Notes: generated by a model not told the origin, from the sequence alone. A stretch of DNA of 64,000 nt from Phoronis australis (GCA_002633005.1 NMRA01000097.1:893734-957733), one strand, 5' to 3'. Shown: positions 49,801 to 63,429, numbered from the stretch's first letter. Translations and numbers: made by a program.

Positions 49801-52359
49801 CAGATGACCCGTAATCCAAAATTGGTGCCACACACGAATTAAATAATGTTTTTAATCTGCATCTTTTGCCAAAAGATAACGTTTAATTCAGCCTACTTGC
49901 TCTTATGAAAATCGGTATCATCTTGTTTCTCCATCAGATTAGAAATAACTTCTAGGCATGAGAAGACCTGAATACAGGTTATTGTTTCAAATCAGGCACA
50001 CATTAAATTCCACGTCACCGCGGGTCGCCAAGACTGCGGTGGCCGTCAGGGGAATCCCAGGCAGTTTATTGTAACCACGCAATTTCAATTCAAACAAAAG
50101 AATAATAACGCGATGATGTCTTGAAAAAGCCCCTGGCCAGTGATTAGAGTTAATGTTTTCAACACTAGAAAATGGTTAATAGCGTCTCCAATTGTTAGCT
50201 GTCAGTAAAGCCCCTGTTACGCTTACATTTATTGTGTCCTGGAGCTGTTGCAGCAATACAGTGTATAATAGAAAACAAGAAGCAGACGTCACTTTCATCA
50301 CTTACAAAGAAGGAGAAGACTGCTTATCTATGTGAGCTACGGAGTAACTGGTGCTCAACACGGAAACAAGCGATATATCCGAGTCCTAACTGTGTTTGAC
50401 GGTGAAGTTGCTGGACCCGAGTTTGGCGAAGACTCAAATCAAACCAAGTTTATTGTGTGCCAATACGTCGATACGAATCAAAATATTTGATCAGATTCCA
50501 AAAACTTTTAAAGCCTTGTGTTTTTTTGCATTCTCTTGCAAAAGTGATAAATTTAATGTGTGACCCCAAAGGTCTGAAACATTGTCAACTTACATGTACC
50601 ACTGACCTCGAATCCGCTGAGCGCATGGCGATTGGGCAGCATTTCGAAGGGTACGAGGAATGCTTTAAACTAGACAGGGAAGCGAACAGCGAATTGGATT
50701 GCAATTTCACCATTAAAAAGAAATGAGATCTTGATGTGTACACAAGGAACCCGTTCGATCGTCGATGTTAGCAACATCTCAGTTTTCGTCTCCTTTTGTC
50801 CATTCTAGGAAATATAGGTCACGTGGCACTCCTTATAATGAATATTTATTAGCCGTGGTCGTAGGCCGTCTACTTTTGACAAAATTTATTATGTCGATCA
50901 TTGATGATGAGTCCTGACGAAAAAATCATAAATTTGTAAATATCAGTTCCAGTTTCAGCTAAAGTCAAAACCAATTAAAAGAAGACACACCCAGGCAAAA
51001 TAGTTGCCGGCGAAATAAAAAGGAAAGTCAGGTTCGAATTAGGCCGGCAGACTCGGTGAAATGTCGCACAAACAAACCACAAAAGGCATTTTGATTGTTT
51101 GAAATGTACCACGGATATGTTGTCCAAAATGCAACCATTGGGAATCCAGCAGCAATTTCCCACCCAAATAATGTTTGTGTAAGAACATTTTCAGAGAAAT
51201 ATCAATAAGATACTACACAATTCTAGTATTTGGGGGTAATTCGCTATGTATTTTTCTTTAATTGACCGTTGATTGACGTATCATTATACTGCCGACACCA
51301 GTTATTGACTTTCCCGGCCATTTATTTCGCACACTGAGTTTAGTTTGTTTTAGACGGTGTTTCATTACCTACTTCAAAAGAAACTCCTCCGCTTCGTCGT
51401 AACAATCGTTTATCAGCTACATCTGCACAAAACGCACGTATATAGTTCGACTCTCGTGACTCACTGAGATTTGGAAAAAATCGATGTAAAGAGGTGACCA
51501 CGACTGATCGTCGACACGAAGGCGGTCGACACGGCGTCAGCGCGTCACACAAGGAAGTCTAATTCATACAATGAAGTCTAATAAACTACGTGTGGCAATG
51601 CTCACGGCGAAGTCTTAATTCGTGAAATGAAGTCTAATCAAACAACAGTGTACGGGTAGCAATGCTTATTGCTAGCAACCGCTTATGCTTTACAATAGAT
51701 TATCAACTTCAGATTTTGTCTATGTGAAGACTTGAATGGCCCGTTAATTTGTAGCAGACTTTCGTGTAGTTAAATCGAAAACAAAGGACTGCGGTACTTC
51801 TTCACCTGTGTCTTACCCAATATGCTGGACAAGTGAAATGTTATTTTGCCATATCTGAACAAAAACAAATCTAAATTATATTCTGTTATTGACATGGCAT
51901 AAACAATACAACTGTTCAGTGCTGAATGAAAAATTGAGTTTCAGCAAGGTAATTAGCCCCTGGAAATGTAAAAATGACGTTGTGGCAATCGATTTTGCGC
52001 CGAAATAATTGGAGAACTGTAGTAATACTACAACTGCAAAAACAATGCTGTTAAACAAGTATCCGTTTCATCAGTGCGGGATTTCCAGTTCATGGTTATT
52101 GAGATATCCGTGAAATCATTTATGAACGGTCTTTTATTCATAAAATGATATTCTCTGCAAGTTTGAACGCCACGCTGTAGCAGTCAACGAACCTAAATTT
52201 AATTTCGCCAAACGAATTTTAAAGATACTCTTTTTGTTTCGCTTTAGTTTAAAACTTCATAAGCTTGATGCAAGTTGTAGTATTAGAAGCTTAAGCCCAA
52301 ATAATGCTCAATCAACACAACTCTAAATGTTTTAAAACTTAGCTGAATTTAATGTGAAT

Positions 52360-52630
52360 TTTTTATTTAATTTTCATTTTTGATGGTGCACCACCACCTA
52401 AAATAGCCACCGTAGTGAGTGACAGCTGGCTCATGCATTACGCGTACTTACTCACTTACCGCTATATGGGATGACATTTTCCGGGAAACCCAGCCTACTT
52501 TTTAAAACCTTGTGTGTGAAATTGTCTGTTGGCCAAAAAAGGGTCTTTCTGAGACCAGTCCCAACGTAGGATCGAACTGACAACGTCAACAGTCGCTGTT
52601 CAACGCTTTGTGGCGGGGCTGAACCCACTG
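52360..52630 (-). mobile_element. Probable second tRNA-derived SINE family
   Basis: Minus-strand B box GTTCGATCC near the 5' end and an A-rich tail about 230 bp downstream; A box eroded. Confidence 0.4.
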
Positions 52631-54363
52631 GATGAATGACAGTGTTTTAAGTGTATTTAAGCGCTAAAACGTCATCAGCCTTGATTTCAGTAAATGACTG
52701 GCAGACATAGGAGGCAGAATTGGCGATTTGTAATAAGATCGCAAAAACTCAACGGCATCTGTTGTTTATAGCTCCGGTCAAAACTAGTAATTCGAAAAAC
52801 GTCCGCCATCCTATCCAATCATAATCTCAAAATGTTTTTTGACCGTGAGGTCATTTATGTCCCGTTAAAGTGTAGTTACAGAGCGATTAAAGTATAAGGG
52901 TTTTTTTCTCCACCAGGGGTCTCTTGTCTCTCACGGTTTGTTCAAGTACTAGCCAACCCCCTGCAACACAATTATCAAGTTTCCTAACGGGTGTGGGGAC
53001 AAAACAAGAAAGTTTTCTGCATTTGCCGACACTTTCTGACGTCATCAGGAAGAAATCAAATGCCAAACTTGGCTAGCCGGAAGAGGCTAAAATTAACGCT
53101 CTTGTCAAATTGTTGAAGCATTTATACTTTTCGAGTAAACACCTGTAACTCAGCAAATGGTGATTGTTCAATTCTCATTTCATATCCTAATTATTTAACG
53201 AGTGACTGAATAAATAGATGGCGTTTCCCAGTAGCGACGATAATGGGCCAGCCAGTACATTTACAGTACATTGAAACAGATAGGCGGTATTTGAATAAAT
53301 AACATACACTGTAATGCGTATTTCTTCGAACTTTGTGTAAATTTTGAATACATGGTGGCAATAACAGGTTGAATGTAAATTCGGGTCAGTTCAATAACGC
53401 TGATGTTTCTCTATGAAAGACCTCGCGATATTCCAAGAAATATCGCAGTGAATTTTCAACGAGAGCACGTGATTTTGTCTATATTTTTCTCGTCATAAGA
53501 CCGCTATTGAACTCGACCACGGAGCTAATACCACTGTCGTACGTGAAAATCTGAGATTGGATAAAAGTCAAAAATCAAATTTTACAGGCTTTCTACTTTC
53601 AGTGAATTCTTTTACTGGGTTAAAATCTATAGTTTTCTATATATTTTGCTAAATTCACAGACATGTCGATGAGGTCCTATATTTCCTTAAAACGGTGTAT
53701 ACAGCGTACTACAATGATTCAGTAAATATTCAAATTCAGCCCCAGTGAAATAGCGTACAGTTGCCATTCCGGCGCTGTTGACTTCCAATTCTCATTATGA
53801 GGGGAAACGTTCCAGCGGCCACTCGCGAGTGATATCCCATAATGCCGCAGCGAAAAGGAACTCTTCTGTCTCTGACGACAGAGCCCATTCCGCTCTTTTC
53901 AGGCAATTTTCACTTACGAGGTGAGGCCGAGGGACAATGTGCGTCTTTCTACAATGAATCGACATTTGTTCAGTGAAGGTGTATTTTAGACCTTCAACTC
54001 AGTCAAGTCATGGTTGTGCTCCGCTGCAGCAAGTTTCAAGACCATCAAGACGCACGCCAACTTTCTATTTACATGTCAAGTTTCACTAATTATTGGAAAT
54101 GACCACACATCTGGTCAATTAACTTCTTTTGCTTCGGATCCGACAGCTGCTGTATTGTGAATGTAAAGTCAAGCGAAAAGGTGAATACCCTGGCCCAACC
54201 TTAAAAGAATATTAAACCCTATTTTCAAGTGTTCAATGAAAGCTTGTTCTGTCACCCGCTGGTGCACCGTTGATATCTTACCTGGGTGGTAAAAGGACTA
54301 TTATAACAAGACGCTCTTCAGCTCTATCGTAAACTGTAATTTGTGTTTTGAAATAGCCGGTCT

Positions 54364-54663
54364 CTCCACACTGGCCTATAACGTTAGTCACGTTTGCTGA
54401 TTTTTCAGACTTGCTCGAAGCTTTTGAGGATTGACAGGGTTAACAGAGGAATATTTAATTTTGAAGATTTAAATGAACAAGTCGTAATTTGTAGCTGTTA
54501 ATAGTACAAATCTCCCCACACTGGCCTATAACGTTAGTCACGTTTGCTGATTTTTCAGACTGGCTCGAAGCTTTTGAGGATTGACAGGGTTAACAGAGGA
54601 ATATTTAATTTTGAAGATTTAAATGAACAAGTCGTAATTTGTAGCTGTTAATAGTACAAATCT
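54364..54663. repeat. 150-bp tandem duplication (2 near-identical copies)
   Basis: ccacactggcctataacg... at 54366 and 54516. Confidence 0.92.
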
Positions 54664-55341
54664 AGTTTAGTGTCAGTTTCTGTTCATAATTCGAAGATGT
54701 TCACTGGGTTGAAATGAAGATATAGTTGAGTAATTTAAAATCAATCCAACAGTTGTGTAACATTGCATGACAGTTCATTAGCTATGAGTCTTGAGTAATT
54801 ATTCCTAATTGTCACTAGACCCGATGTAAAAACTTATTTCACATTCAGCCTTGAGCCTTTATAATGACATGTGGCAAGCTAATTTGATATTTGCCTTCGC
54901 ATCGATAGTAAACACCGTGACATTTACTTAAGATAAACGAAGCTTTGCACCTGCAGTTGCGTTTATTGTGTTTTGATAGAACGAGAAAAGACATCCGGGT
55001 TACGGAATGACACGGACGACATCTACAGTCCATTTATATGATTATTTATGCTCAGTGATTACAGTACACACGACACTTCATCGTCATCGTGGTCTATCAC
55101 CACCGTCATCATCTCTATATCACAACAAAACGATCATCATCCTGTATTTTAACAATACCGTCAACAAAACTTTCCTAACGTCGTTTTCACGGTAGTTTTT
55201 AACCTTAAACAGTACCCTTTTCAACTTTATCTTCGTCATCATCATTGTCACCGTCATCCCCGCTGACATCAAATCACATGTATTTTATATTTTTGGGCTA
55301 AGTACAACATTCGGTGTCCGAGACAAATCTCTTAGAATATA

Positions 55342-55776
55342 CCGTAATGTCCGGGCGTGTATTTTTAAGGGCATTTTATTCAAGACCGTTGCTTAATTAA
55401 GACTCTGCGATATTCACCAAGGACGACTTTGCACACCCGGCGCTTTGTTGCTGAACAAAAACGCAGTTAGGTCTCAAACGACGAAAACGGATTTCCTGCG
55501 ATTTTCAACCTGACGTTCATCTAAACATTTTTAAAACAAGCATTACGTCACTCATGATTTGTTTAAAACGCTTGCACTATTCAGGAAAACAATGAATAGC
55601 GGTCATGAGAGTTGTTCTTTCAAGAAGTCGCGCTGATTACACCCCCCCCCCTCCTACCCCGGGGCTTATTTTAAACCAAGCGTTTATTAGACAATGCAGT
55701 TTTTACCTGTTTTCATCGAGCGCTTATTCAAGACCGAAACATATTAAAGGAACGAAACTAATAGGTGACATTACGG
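55342..55776. mobile_element. Tc1/mariner (pogo/Tigger-like) MITE with TA TSD
   Basis: TA|CCGTAATGTC ... GACATTACGG|TA; internal ttattcaagacc repeats. Confidence 0.75.
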
Positions 55777-56337
55777 TATGATATGAAGTAAGTTTTCTTT
55801 CTCTGACACTCTTACTCGAATTTAACAGTTTAGCTCTGATTCATAACTAACTCTATTTCAAAACGGAGTCATTATCACCATCGTCGTCGTCCCCATTACC
55901 TTTAGTCAGGACAATCGTTAGCATCATCCTAATTCACAATGCAGTAAGCACTCTGATCCCAGACTAGGCGGATCTACGGGGGGAGGGGTTCAGGGGATTC
56001 AACCCCCCCCCCCACGGCCTCGGGACAGGATCAAAAATAGAAATTTTAAAAAGTGTCGCCAGAAAAACAAAATCAGCTACTATACACAAAAAATATCTTA
56101 CACGGGATAAGGGAAACATCCTCTCAACCTTCCCTCCGCTCGGCGCTACGCGCCTCGGATTCGCGCCAATCCTACCCCCCCCCCCTTACTGAAAACATAG
56201 ATCTGCCACTGGATCCTCATAGCCACTAGTGATTAAAATGAAAAAGTAACATCTTCGTCAACTTTATTGTCAAAATATCGCATTTCATTACAGTATTTAG
56301 AATAACGGTGATAACTAACTACCTCAGTTTTTTCAAG

Positions 56338-56469
56338 GTGGCATGGGTGGAACAGCAAGTAGCCAGAGTTAGAGTCAAGCGGGAGTTTCTCAGGTCAACA
56401 GAGGACATTAAACGTTACAAGGAAGCCAGTCGATACGATGATCCCATGTTCAAGAAACAATGGTATCTG
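56338..56469 (+). CDS. PCSK1: PC1/3 exon 3 (VAWVEQQVARVRVKR/EFLRSTEDIKRYKEASRYDDPMFKKQWYL), includes the prodomain cleavage site
   Basis: W-EQQ...R-KR and DP-F--QWYL motifs; ttcaag / GTACGT; 132 bp, phase 0-0. Confidence 0.93.
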
Positions 56470-56918
56470 GTACGTTAAACAAACAAAATTATATCTGATA
56501 GAGTTTATTTTGACTGCAATAAACGCGTAGACGTGGGACAAGAATTCACTTGCCTCTTTAGTGCTCAGTAACGTCACGAATTTGGTAATCAACGAAGGAG
56601 TTCCCTTACTGTTTTGTCCGTCCTCCATTCAATTGGTCCCGATGTCACTGAAGACAGCCGGATTTGAGAGCCACGCAAGTCGCTTGACGGTCTCATGTGA
56701 CGGCGTAGTTCATTTCACGTTCGAACAGTTTAAAAACAAATTTTAATTAGCTTAGTTCTGTGAACGCTTTATAAATGCTACCGTGACTAGTAATTTAACT
56801 GGTGCATTGTTCCATGTGGTCACCTACGCAGTTTAGTTTCACCGTACTCGAGTTTTGCAGGTCTTTTTGCTCCATTCTCCAAAAGTGATTCACAAGAACA
56901 TCACTCTCATCGTTTCAG

Positions 56919-57068
56919 TACGACACGAGAAAGGGCGATCTAAGACAACCCAAACTTGACCTTCATCAGCTGAAGGTTTGGGCTCAAGGTTATACCGGCA
57001 AAGGTGTTGTGGTGACCGTGTTGGACGACGGTCTTGAGCGAAATCATCCCGACTTGGAAGGAAACTAT
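56919..57068 (+). CDS. PCSK1: PC1/3 exon 4, catalytic Asp (PKLDLH...[27 protein letters not shown])
   Basis: tttcag / GTAAGC; 150 bp. Confidence 0.96.
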
Positions 57069-57772
57069 GTAAGCAATAGTCTAGCTCACGTATCTCCTAC
57101 GTGACAGCAAGGAATCCGTACATTTGCACTCTTTACATTAAATTCATAAATAACTTCCTGATGGATCAATAGGTTCGTTAACCGGTCTACAGTTCATTTG
57201 TCTTTGTCTTTGCCTAATTTGATGGGGGCCCTTGCAACCGCGAAGACCTCGTGGCCATCGATTTGGTTATGAGCCGTTATTTTACACAAATTTCACTGCG
57301 TTGTCATATGTTTATTTGAGAGCAATTAAGATACAACACTTCTTATTCCTAGTCTCTCAGTGAAAATATTCTTTAACACTGGCGTCATCGTGAAAAACAA
57401 AATTAAGAACTTAACCTCAAACAAATCGTGTACTGAAGCCGGATCTTAAATCAAACCCAAACTTATGCAGGTGATTATACATGCATGTCACCAACGCCGG
57501 GTAATTAGTGCTCATAATAGATTGGTTCCCAAACTCAAGAGAGGAACGGGTCCAGGAGAGTGTTTAGAGGTTGTGTAACTACATACAGGCACAAGATATA
57601 GTTTCATATTCCTCTGATTAAAACCACCATGGGGGTTTGGACTCGGAATCAACCGCCTCCTTTCCCCCAAACACAAGGCTGCCCACAAAGATTTGCATAA
57701 AATTCCGCAGTAAAGGAAGCGAATGTTCCCCACCCCTTTCAGTTTTTCGTTATCTGCGTTTTGCCATTGTAG

Positions 57773-57849
57773 GACCCAGATGCAAGCTATGACCTCAACA
57801 ACGACGATCCTGACCCAATGCCGCGATACGATCCGACCAATGAAAACAA
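57773..57849 (+). CDS. PCSK1: PC1/3 exon 5 (DPDASYDLNNDDPDPMPRYDPTNENK)
   Basis: ttgtag / GTGAGT; 77 bp; PRYDPTNEN is PC1-typical. Confidence 0.96.
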
Positions 57850-58025
57850 GTGAGTAGTTTTGTGCAAACGTTCGAGAAGCGTGTAAAACAGTATTATCCA
57901 GATGGCTGTTTTCTATTTGGATTGATTGAACAACAATAAAAGGTTAATTAACTTAATATTTATTTTGCATTATGTACTCCGGTACCAATCCGATCAAATC
58001 TAAAGGTCTCGATCTTTTCATTCAG

Positions 58026-58114
58026 ACACGGCACGCGATGTGCAGGTGAAGTGTCCATGATTGCAAACAACCACATTTGCGGAGTGGGCGTGGCCTATAA
58101 CAGCAGAATAGGAG
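58026..58114 (+). CDS. PCSK1: PC1/3 exon 6, catalytic His ([29 protein letters not shown])
   Basis: ttcag / GTGAGT; 89 bp, phase 2-1. Confidence 0.96.
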
Positions 58115-58999
58115 GTGAGTGACAAGGTAGCTGTAGTTGGTGGCAAACTATCATTTTATTGTATTGAGAAAATACTGCAGCATTTTTGGAGTTTGTTCCA
58201 ACACTTCTGTAAAAACCTTGGGGCGCGTTCCACTACGCGGTGAGTTACAGCGAGTCGCGTGTGGCGAAATATCTTGGAATTGTTTACGTACGCTTTTTAT
58301 ACTTAATTATTCCTGCCTGCATAAGTCGGCGAGCAATCACTTCAATGCCCGCCATTCAGACAGTGTTCGCTAATAATGTCTTGAGCATACTCTCGAAACA
58401 TTAGTATTTCACTCACGTGATCCCTCCAAACTCACAGTAAGCCCACAGTCTTCGAATTCCAGCTTTAACATGGGCAAAATACATCAATTCACCTGCAACA
58501 CGCCGCCTGCGGGCTAAGCCCCATACTACATACCGTGTGTATGAGAATTTAAGCCCACATGCCCATCCCACATATTTGACTCTTATTGTCAAATGTTTTC
58601 CTCAAGTGCATACGCCTAAGTTAAAAGTTAGAGAACTGTGTATTTGCGCGTACTATCTAAAACGGGTGACTTTCCGTGTCCTCTGTCCATTATTATTCAT
58701 AAAATGATTGACATTAAATCAAAAGCAAGTTAGTATAATTTTACTGTTTTGAGACGATTAAGTTCAGTAAGATGTTATTTGAAGTTTCTGCTTTGTTTTA
58801 CTCAAAAGTCTACAGTCACGTATACTTCCGCACTCGTCTCAATCAGGATATAAGCGCCTATGTAAGGACAAATACGGTTATCCGGTCTGGACGACCTCCA
58901 TGATGGAATATAACAGAGTAAAATCGGATCAAAAGTCGATGCCTTCCAGCTCATGGGATTGTTCCAATAAATGTTAATATATGAAGAGTCTCATTTTAG

Positions 59000-59172
59000 G
59001 CGTCAAGTTATTGGACGGTTCAGTCACGGACAGAATAGAAGCAGCTGCAATCTCATTCAACCACACCTACGTCGACATCTACAGCGCCTCCTGGGGGCCA
59101 AACGATGATGGAAAAACCGTGGAGGGTCCTGGGAGACTAGCGTCGAAAGCTTTTTTGAAGGGCATATACGAA
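59000..59172 (+). CDS. PCSK1: PC1/3 exon 7 (GVKLLDG...[20 protein letters not shown]...)
   Basis: ttttag / GTGAGT; 173 bp; [13 protein letters not shown] favours PC1/3 over furin or PC2. Confidence 0.96.
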
Positions 59173-60335
59173 GTGAGTCAGCGCTACACACGCATTGTGC
59201 TTAGTGTCTACAGTTTCGTTGACCACATAAGTGCATTTTCAAAGATTTAGAGAAGTCCTACATAGAGATCTCCATCCATGTAAATATATGAGTGTTTGAT
59301 ACACACACAGCTGTTTTTAAAGCTCCGACTCGTGGAAAAATTCTTGAACTCCACTTTCAGTTCTTTTAGGCACTGACTTTCACAGGTTCACGCTAAATAA
59401 CTTGCAATGACATGCAATTGGCGTACACATGGGGACCCATTCGCTGGTTGAATGTTCGCGAAACGTTTCGGTCATCGTGCGGTGCCACAAACTAGTCACC
59501 AGGTGGCGAAATCGGCTCGATTACGAATCGGCTCACCAAGAACTGCTTAACAACATGTGAAAATCGCCAACACCCCTTGAATCCGCTCAAAAACAGTTCA
59601 ATGGAGAGAAAATTCACAAGTAAGGGAAGCAGAGGACATGAAACCTAGCTATTCAGAGCAGAAATCATCGTTTTTCATTGCTTCTTGTGCCTGATATTTG
59701 AAAGATGATGTATTTTTGTCGTCTGAAAATACCGTATGAAGTTACATGTGGAGACAGCTGTTACCAGACATCAGAAACATAATACGTATTAGTGTTGGCT
59801 TACGAAGTAAAAATGTTTCAATCATAATATCTCTAATATTGTCACGTTACAAGAGCAGTAATTAAAATTTCTTTCGTCTTGGTCAAAAACAACATGTTCA
59901 AGAAGTGTTGATTTGTATTTGCGAATTCGTTTGGTTAAGAGCGGTGGCCACATGGTGTAGTTGACAAACCTCGGCTATCAATCACGCCGTGACTGGAGAA
60001 ACCTATCGCATTTTTCGCAAAGATGGGATGCGTTCTCAAGAATCTCGCCAAAATCAAGATCTGGCAAGACCAAGGAAGACCACACTAGCGGAGGTCGAGT
60101 GTTTCGCAAGTATGCTTACCGGCGTACACGAGCAAAATGACGGCTACTTAGTGAGTGGTCGGTGAGGTTGGAATGTTAAATTATTGGATATAATTTATTT
60201 ATTATTCCCGTTACATAAGAGAAGATCTTGCCGCAAGTGCTTCGCGAGTGTCACAGTTCTACGAAAAGTAACTTTGCTTAATGCACGAATTTTCTTTCAG
60301 AAGCGTTTCATTCATTTTTTTGTTTTTGTTTGAAG

Positions 60336-60548
60336 GGTCGCGGCGGATTAGGAGTCATCTACGTGTGGGCGTCTGGAAATGGGGGTCGAAATCACGATGA
60401 CTGCGATTGCGACGGCTATACCTCATCCATATTCACCTTGTCAATCAGTAGCTCCACCTACTCAGCTAATGTACCGTGGTACGCTGAAAAGTGCGCTTCG
60501 ACTATGGCCACGGCTTTCTCTAGTGGAAACTATGGAGAACCGGAGATC
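60336..60548 (+). CDS. PCSK1: PC1/3 exon 8, oxyanion-hole Asn ([17 protein letters not shown]...DCDGYTSSI...[10 protein letters not shown])
   Basis: tgaag / GTAAGT; 213 bp; Asn rather than the PC2 Asp. Confidence 0.96.
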
Positions 60549-61268
60549 GTAAGTACTAGTTACTAACTGAATCTAGGTTCGTTAAAACTGTTTAACTTGG
60601 GGGAGATTATCAAAGTAGGAGATTTAACGATGGCGGAATTGGTGGATCTAGGATGTATAGTTACAATTTTCTTAGGGAAACGTTTGCCTAACTTCTGATT
60701 CAGCATGTCGTGGCGGTTTTTTCTTATCTTTGGTCGTGCCAGTAGGGGCGCGGACCCTGCCTCACTCCTTAGTCTGTGCTGACTACTGCACCATTCTTGT
60801 GGTCATTCCAACGTATCTTCATTTTGTTTATTAGTAATTTTAGGTGGTTTTTTAAATTTCAGGATACGCAAACACCTCCATGGAAGGTTTAAAACTTTTG
60901 TCCAAGTGATAGTTTTGTTTTAACGTTTTTGCGTTTTGTGTTACTTGCCCGATACTTCTTCAATTGAATTTCAAGGTGTTATGCTGTGCGATACCCTCGT
61001 TTTAGCATTTGGCATATTTTATCAAATATTTTTGAAATGGCGAAATAACGCACAGAATTCCGTGTGCGGGCATCAGGTGATGTGCCCTGATCAGGCATAC
61101 CCTGTCGCAAACAAATGAACCGCAAATTTGTGGTGAATCCTTGAAATATTGGTTAAGTCACAGAACACAAAGTTGAGTGGAACACGTCGCTTTTTCACAT
61201 CCATTCAAGGTGTTGGTGCATCGCCCTCATGTCACAAAAGCATTTCTCCACCTTCAGTCAAATGTAGA

Positions 61269-61504
61269 GGATGCAGTGTGGCCTGGTTGATAAGTGCCCG
61301 CTTTCTTTACTCGAGGTCGTGGGTTCGAGTCCCACCATGTCACACTGCTAAACCCTTGAGCCAGGTTTCTAGCTCCTCAGCTCGGTTTTAACCACTTATT
61401 AATATTAATAAAGCATGAAAATATTTCCAGGTGATCAGTGCAAATGGGCCCACATGCGAGGCCTGTGCACGTCTGGTACAACGTGTATCAGACCGCCTGC
61501 AATT
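61269..61504 (+). mobile_element. tRNA-derived SINE, copy C (best preserved)
   Basis: A box TGGCCTGGTTG 61279-89; B box GTTCGAGTC 61323-31; then the cccttgagccagg core. Confidence 0.85.
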
Positions 61505-61883
61505 ATATTATATATATTCACTCAAATGTCCGAACGTTACTTCGTTCCGTTAGCAAATGAGAAGCCAGCCCATCACCCTTTGACTGTGCACTGTGAGAGA
61601 ATGTACATGTAGATGGGGAATTCCTACGCCGCTGAGGGTATATTACTGCCTGTAGTGTCAGTGAAATATTTGAAGTACTGAGTATTGGACAGTCTATCAA
61701 ATTAGACTTCACTGATGTTTATAATACGATAGGCATATGCTCATGCAGGTGCTGACACGATAGGCATAAACTCATGCAGGTGCTGAGTATTTGCCCGGTC
61801 TCTCTTCTCCTAGAATCATTCATTTCACGAAGAAAAGACTTTGGACCAATGCAAAATTCAGATTCTGTCTTTCATTTTTTAAG

Positions 61884-61984
61884 ACGACGACTGATCTACA
61901 CGGAAAATGCACTACTAAGCATACAGGAACCTCGGCTGCAGCTCCTCTAGCGGCAGGAGTGTTCGCACTAGTGCTGGAAGCCAA
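61884..61984 (+). CDS. PCSK1: PC1/3 exon 9, catalytic Ser ([33 protein letters not shown])
   Basis: tttaag / GTAAGT; 101 bp. Confidence 0.96.
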
Positions 61985-62135
61985 GTAAGTGTAATAGAAC
62001 AATCTCGAACATCGTAGGATAACCATGATAAAATAACCTACACATCGTGCAGCTAGAAATAGCTTATACTTTTTCAAATGACTTAAATGCACATGTCAAA
62101 TCTCCTATTACCGTAGCTACAATATCTTAGTTATC

Positions 62136-62318
62136 AGTGCTCCGTTCCGTAGACATAAGATGTTAGCTTGTACAGCAACCTTACCAACCAATCACTGGCC
62201 GCCATTTTGCTGGGTAACCATAGTAAGGTTTCGAGCATACTCGCGAAACATTCGCCTTTCACTCGTTTGATTTAGCGTGATCTCGCTTTTCTCGCGAAAA
62301 CTTGGTCTACGGAGCACT
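62136..62318. mobile_element. MITE of the same family as 21618-21837
   Basis: agtgctccgt(tccgt)agac ... gtctacggagcact termini. Confidence 0.7.
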
Positions 62319-63180
62319 ATAAACAAATTCACAATAAAATTTTAAGGGAGAAAACGATTTTTTTCAAGATACTGTAGATCATGTTCTGGCATAAAAAAAC
62401 ATGTTAACTTTCTAAGACAGGCGTGTTTGCTCTTACAAGTTACCGTCATCACTTTACAATCCTTGGTTTGAATTAGTTACGAATAAACCATCTGGAAATT
62501 CCCCTTACGGGCATACTTATTGCATGGGCAAATTAATGTGCTCAGTCTGAAACACAAACCACTAGTCAAAAGCATATAATATATTGTTTTTATCTGATTA
62601 AGAAAGAAGATAGCACTGATACAAGTCAATTAAGTAGCCTAAATCAAAGTTGTTTTGACAGAAGGCGCTGGTTTATGTTCATGTAATGTCACATTCACTA
62701 AAACTGCAGGTCCTTGGTTGTCGTGTAGACACTTTAATTACTGTTCCAATGGCGTGTAATATACTGTCCGTGCACCTACAGAAACTCCAGTAAAGGACCC
62801 ACGTCTTCGTTCTGTATTGCCTTCATATGAGAAAACACAAATGTCCGACATAGACTGCGTCTAATGGCGGCTTGGACATTGTGTTTGTTCAGTGGAAGGG
62901 GATGCACCAAGATAAGGGTTTTTTGATGAACGTTACTAGGGAAACAGTAACTAACGCATTAAAATGTCTCTCCAAGTCAACCAGGGATATGTAGTTTTAG
63001 TACGATAACATCAAACCCGGTTGCGTTTCCTTTAAATAATGATTACATTATTGCCTCTGGCAATACTATGGTTTCATTAAGTGCGATAGCCTACGAACGA
63101 AACTTACAACATTCAGTATCAGCTTGCCACATGCAATTAGCTTTAAGATTAAAAAAAATGATTGATTGCACACATTTCAG

Positions 63181-63429
63181 TCCTCACATCACCTGGAGAG
63201 ACCTTCAGCATCTTGTCACCTTCACCTCCCAGCCCGAACCCTTCACACAGCAGAGCACCGTCGGTTGGAAAACAAACGGAGCTGGCTTCAAAGTCAACAG
63301 CGCCTTCGGATTTGGCCTTCTTGACGCTGGTTCTCTCGTTGAAAATGCGCTCAAGTGGAAGCGAGTCCCAGAAAAGGTCAACTGCACCGTACCATCGGCG
63401 CGCACTGACGAAGAATCACTGTTTCCGCT
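63181..63429 (+). CDS. PCSK1: PC1/3 exon 10 (NPHITWRDLQHLV...WKTNGAGFKVNSAFGFGLLDA...); P-domain exons lie beyond the window
   Basis: tttcag / GTAAGC; 249 bp, phase 2-2. Confidence 0.95.

Noticed and set aside
50272-50330. RSRR..HH motif as an alternative PC1/3 exon 2
   Set aside because: No IG-L---YLF-H N-terminal half, weak acceptor and no donor; the true exon 2 is at 48613-48717
61269-61340. Functional tRNA gene
   Set aside because: No proper cloverleaf, and it is attached to a repeated SINE body
56338-63429. Furin or PC2 identity for the convertase
   Set aside because: [22 protein letters not shown], the exon-2 sequence and the Asn oxyanion hole favour PC1/3; the C-terminus is outside the window, so a tree would be the final test
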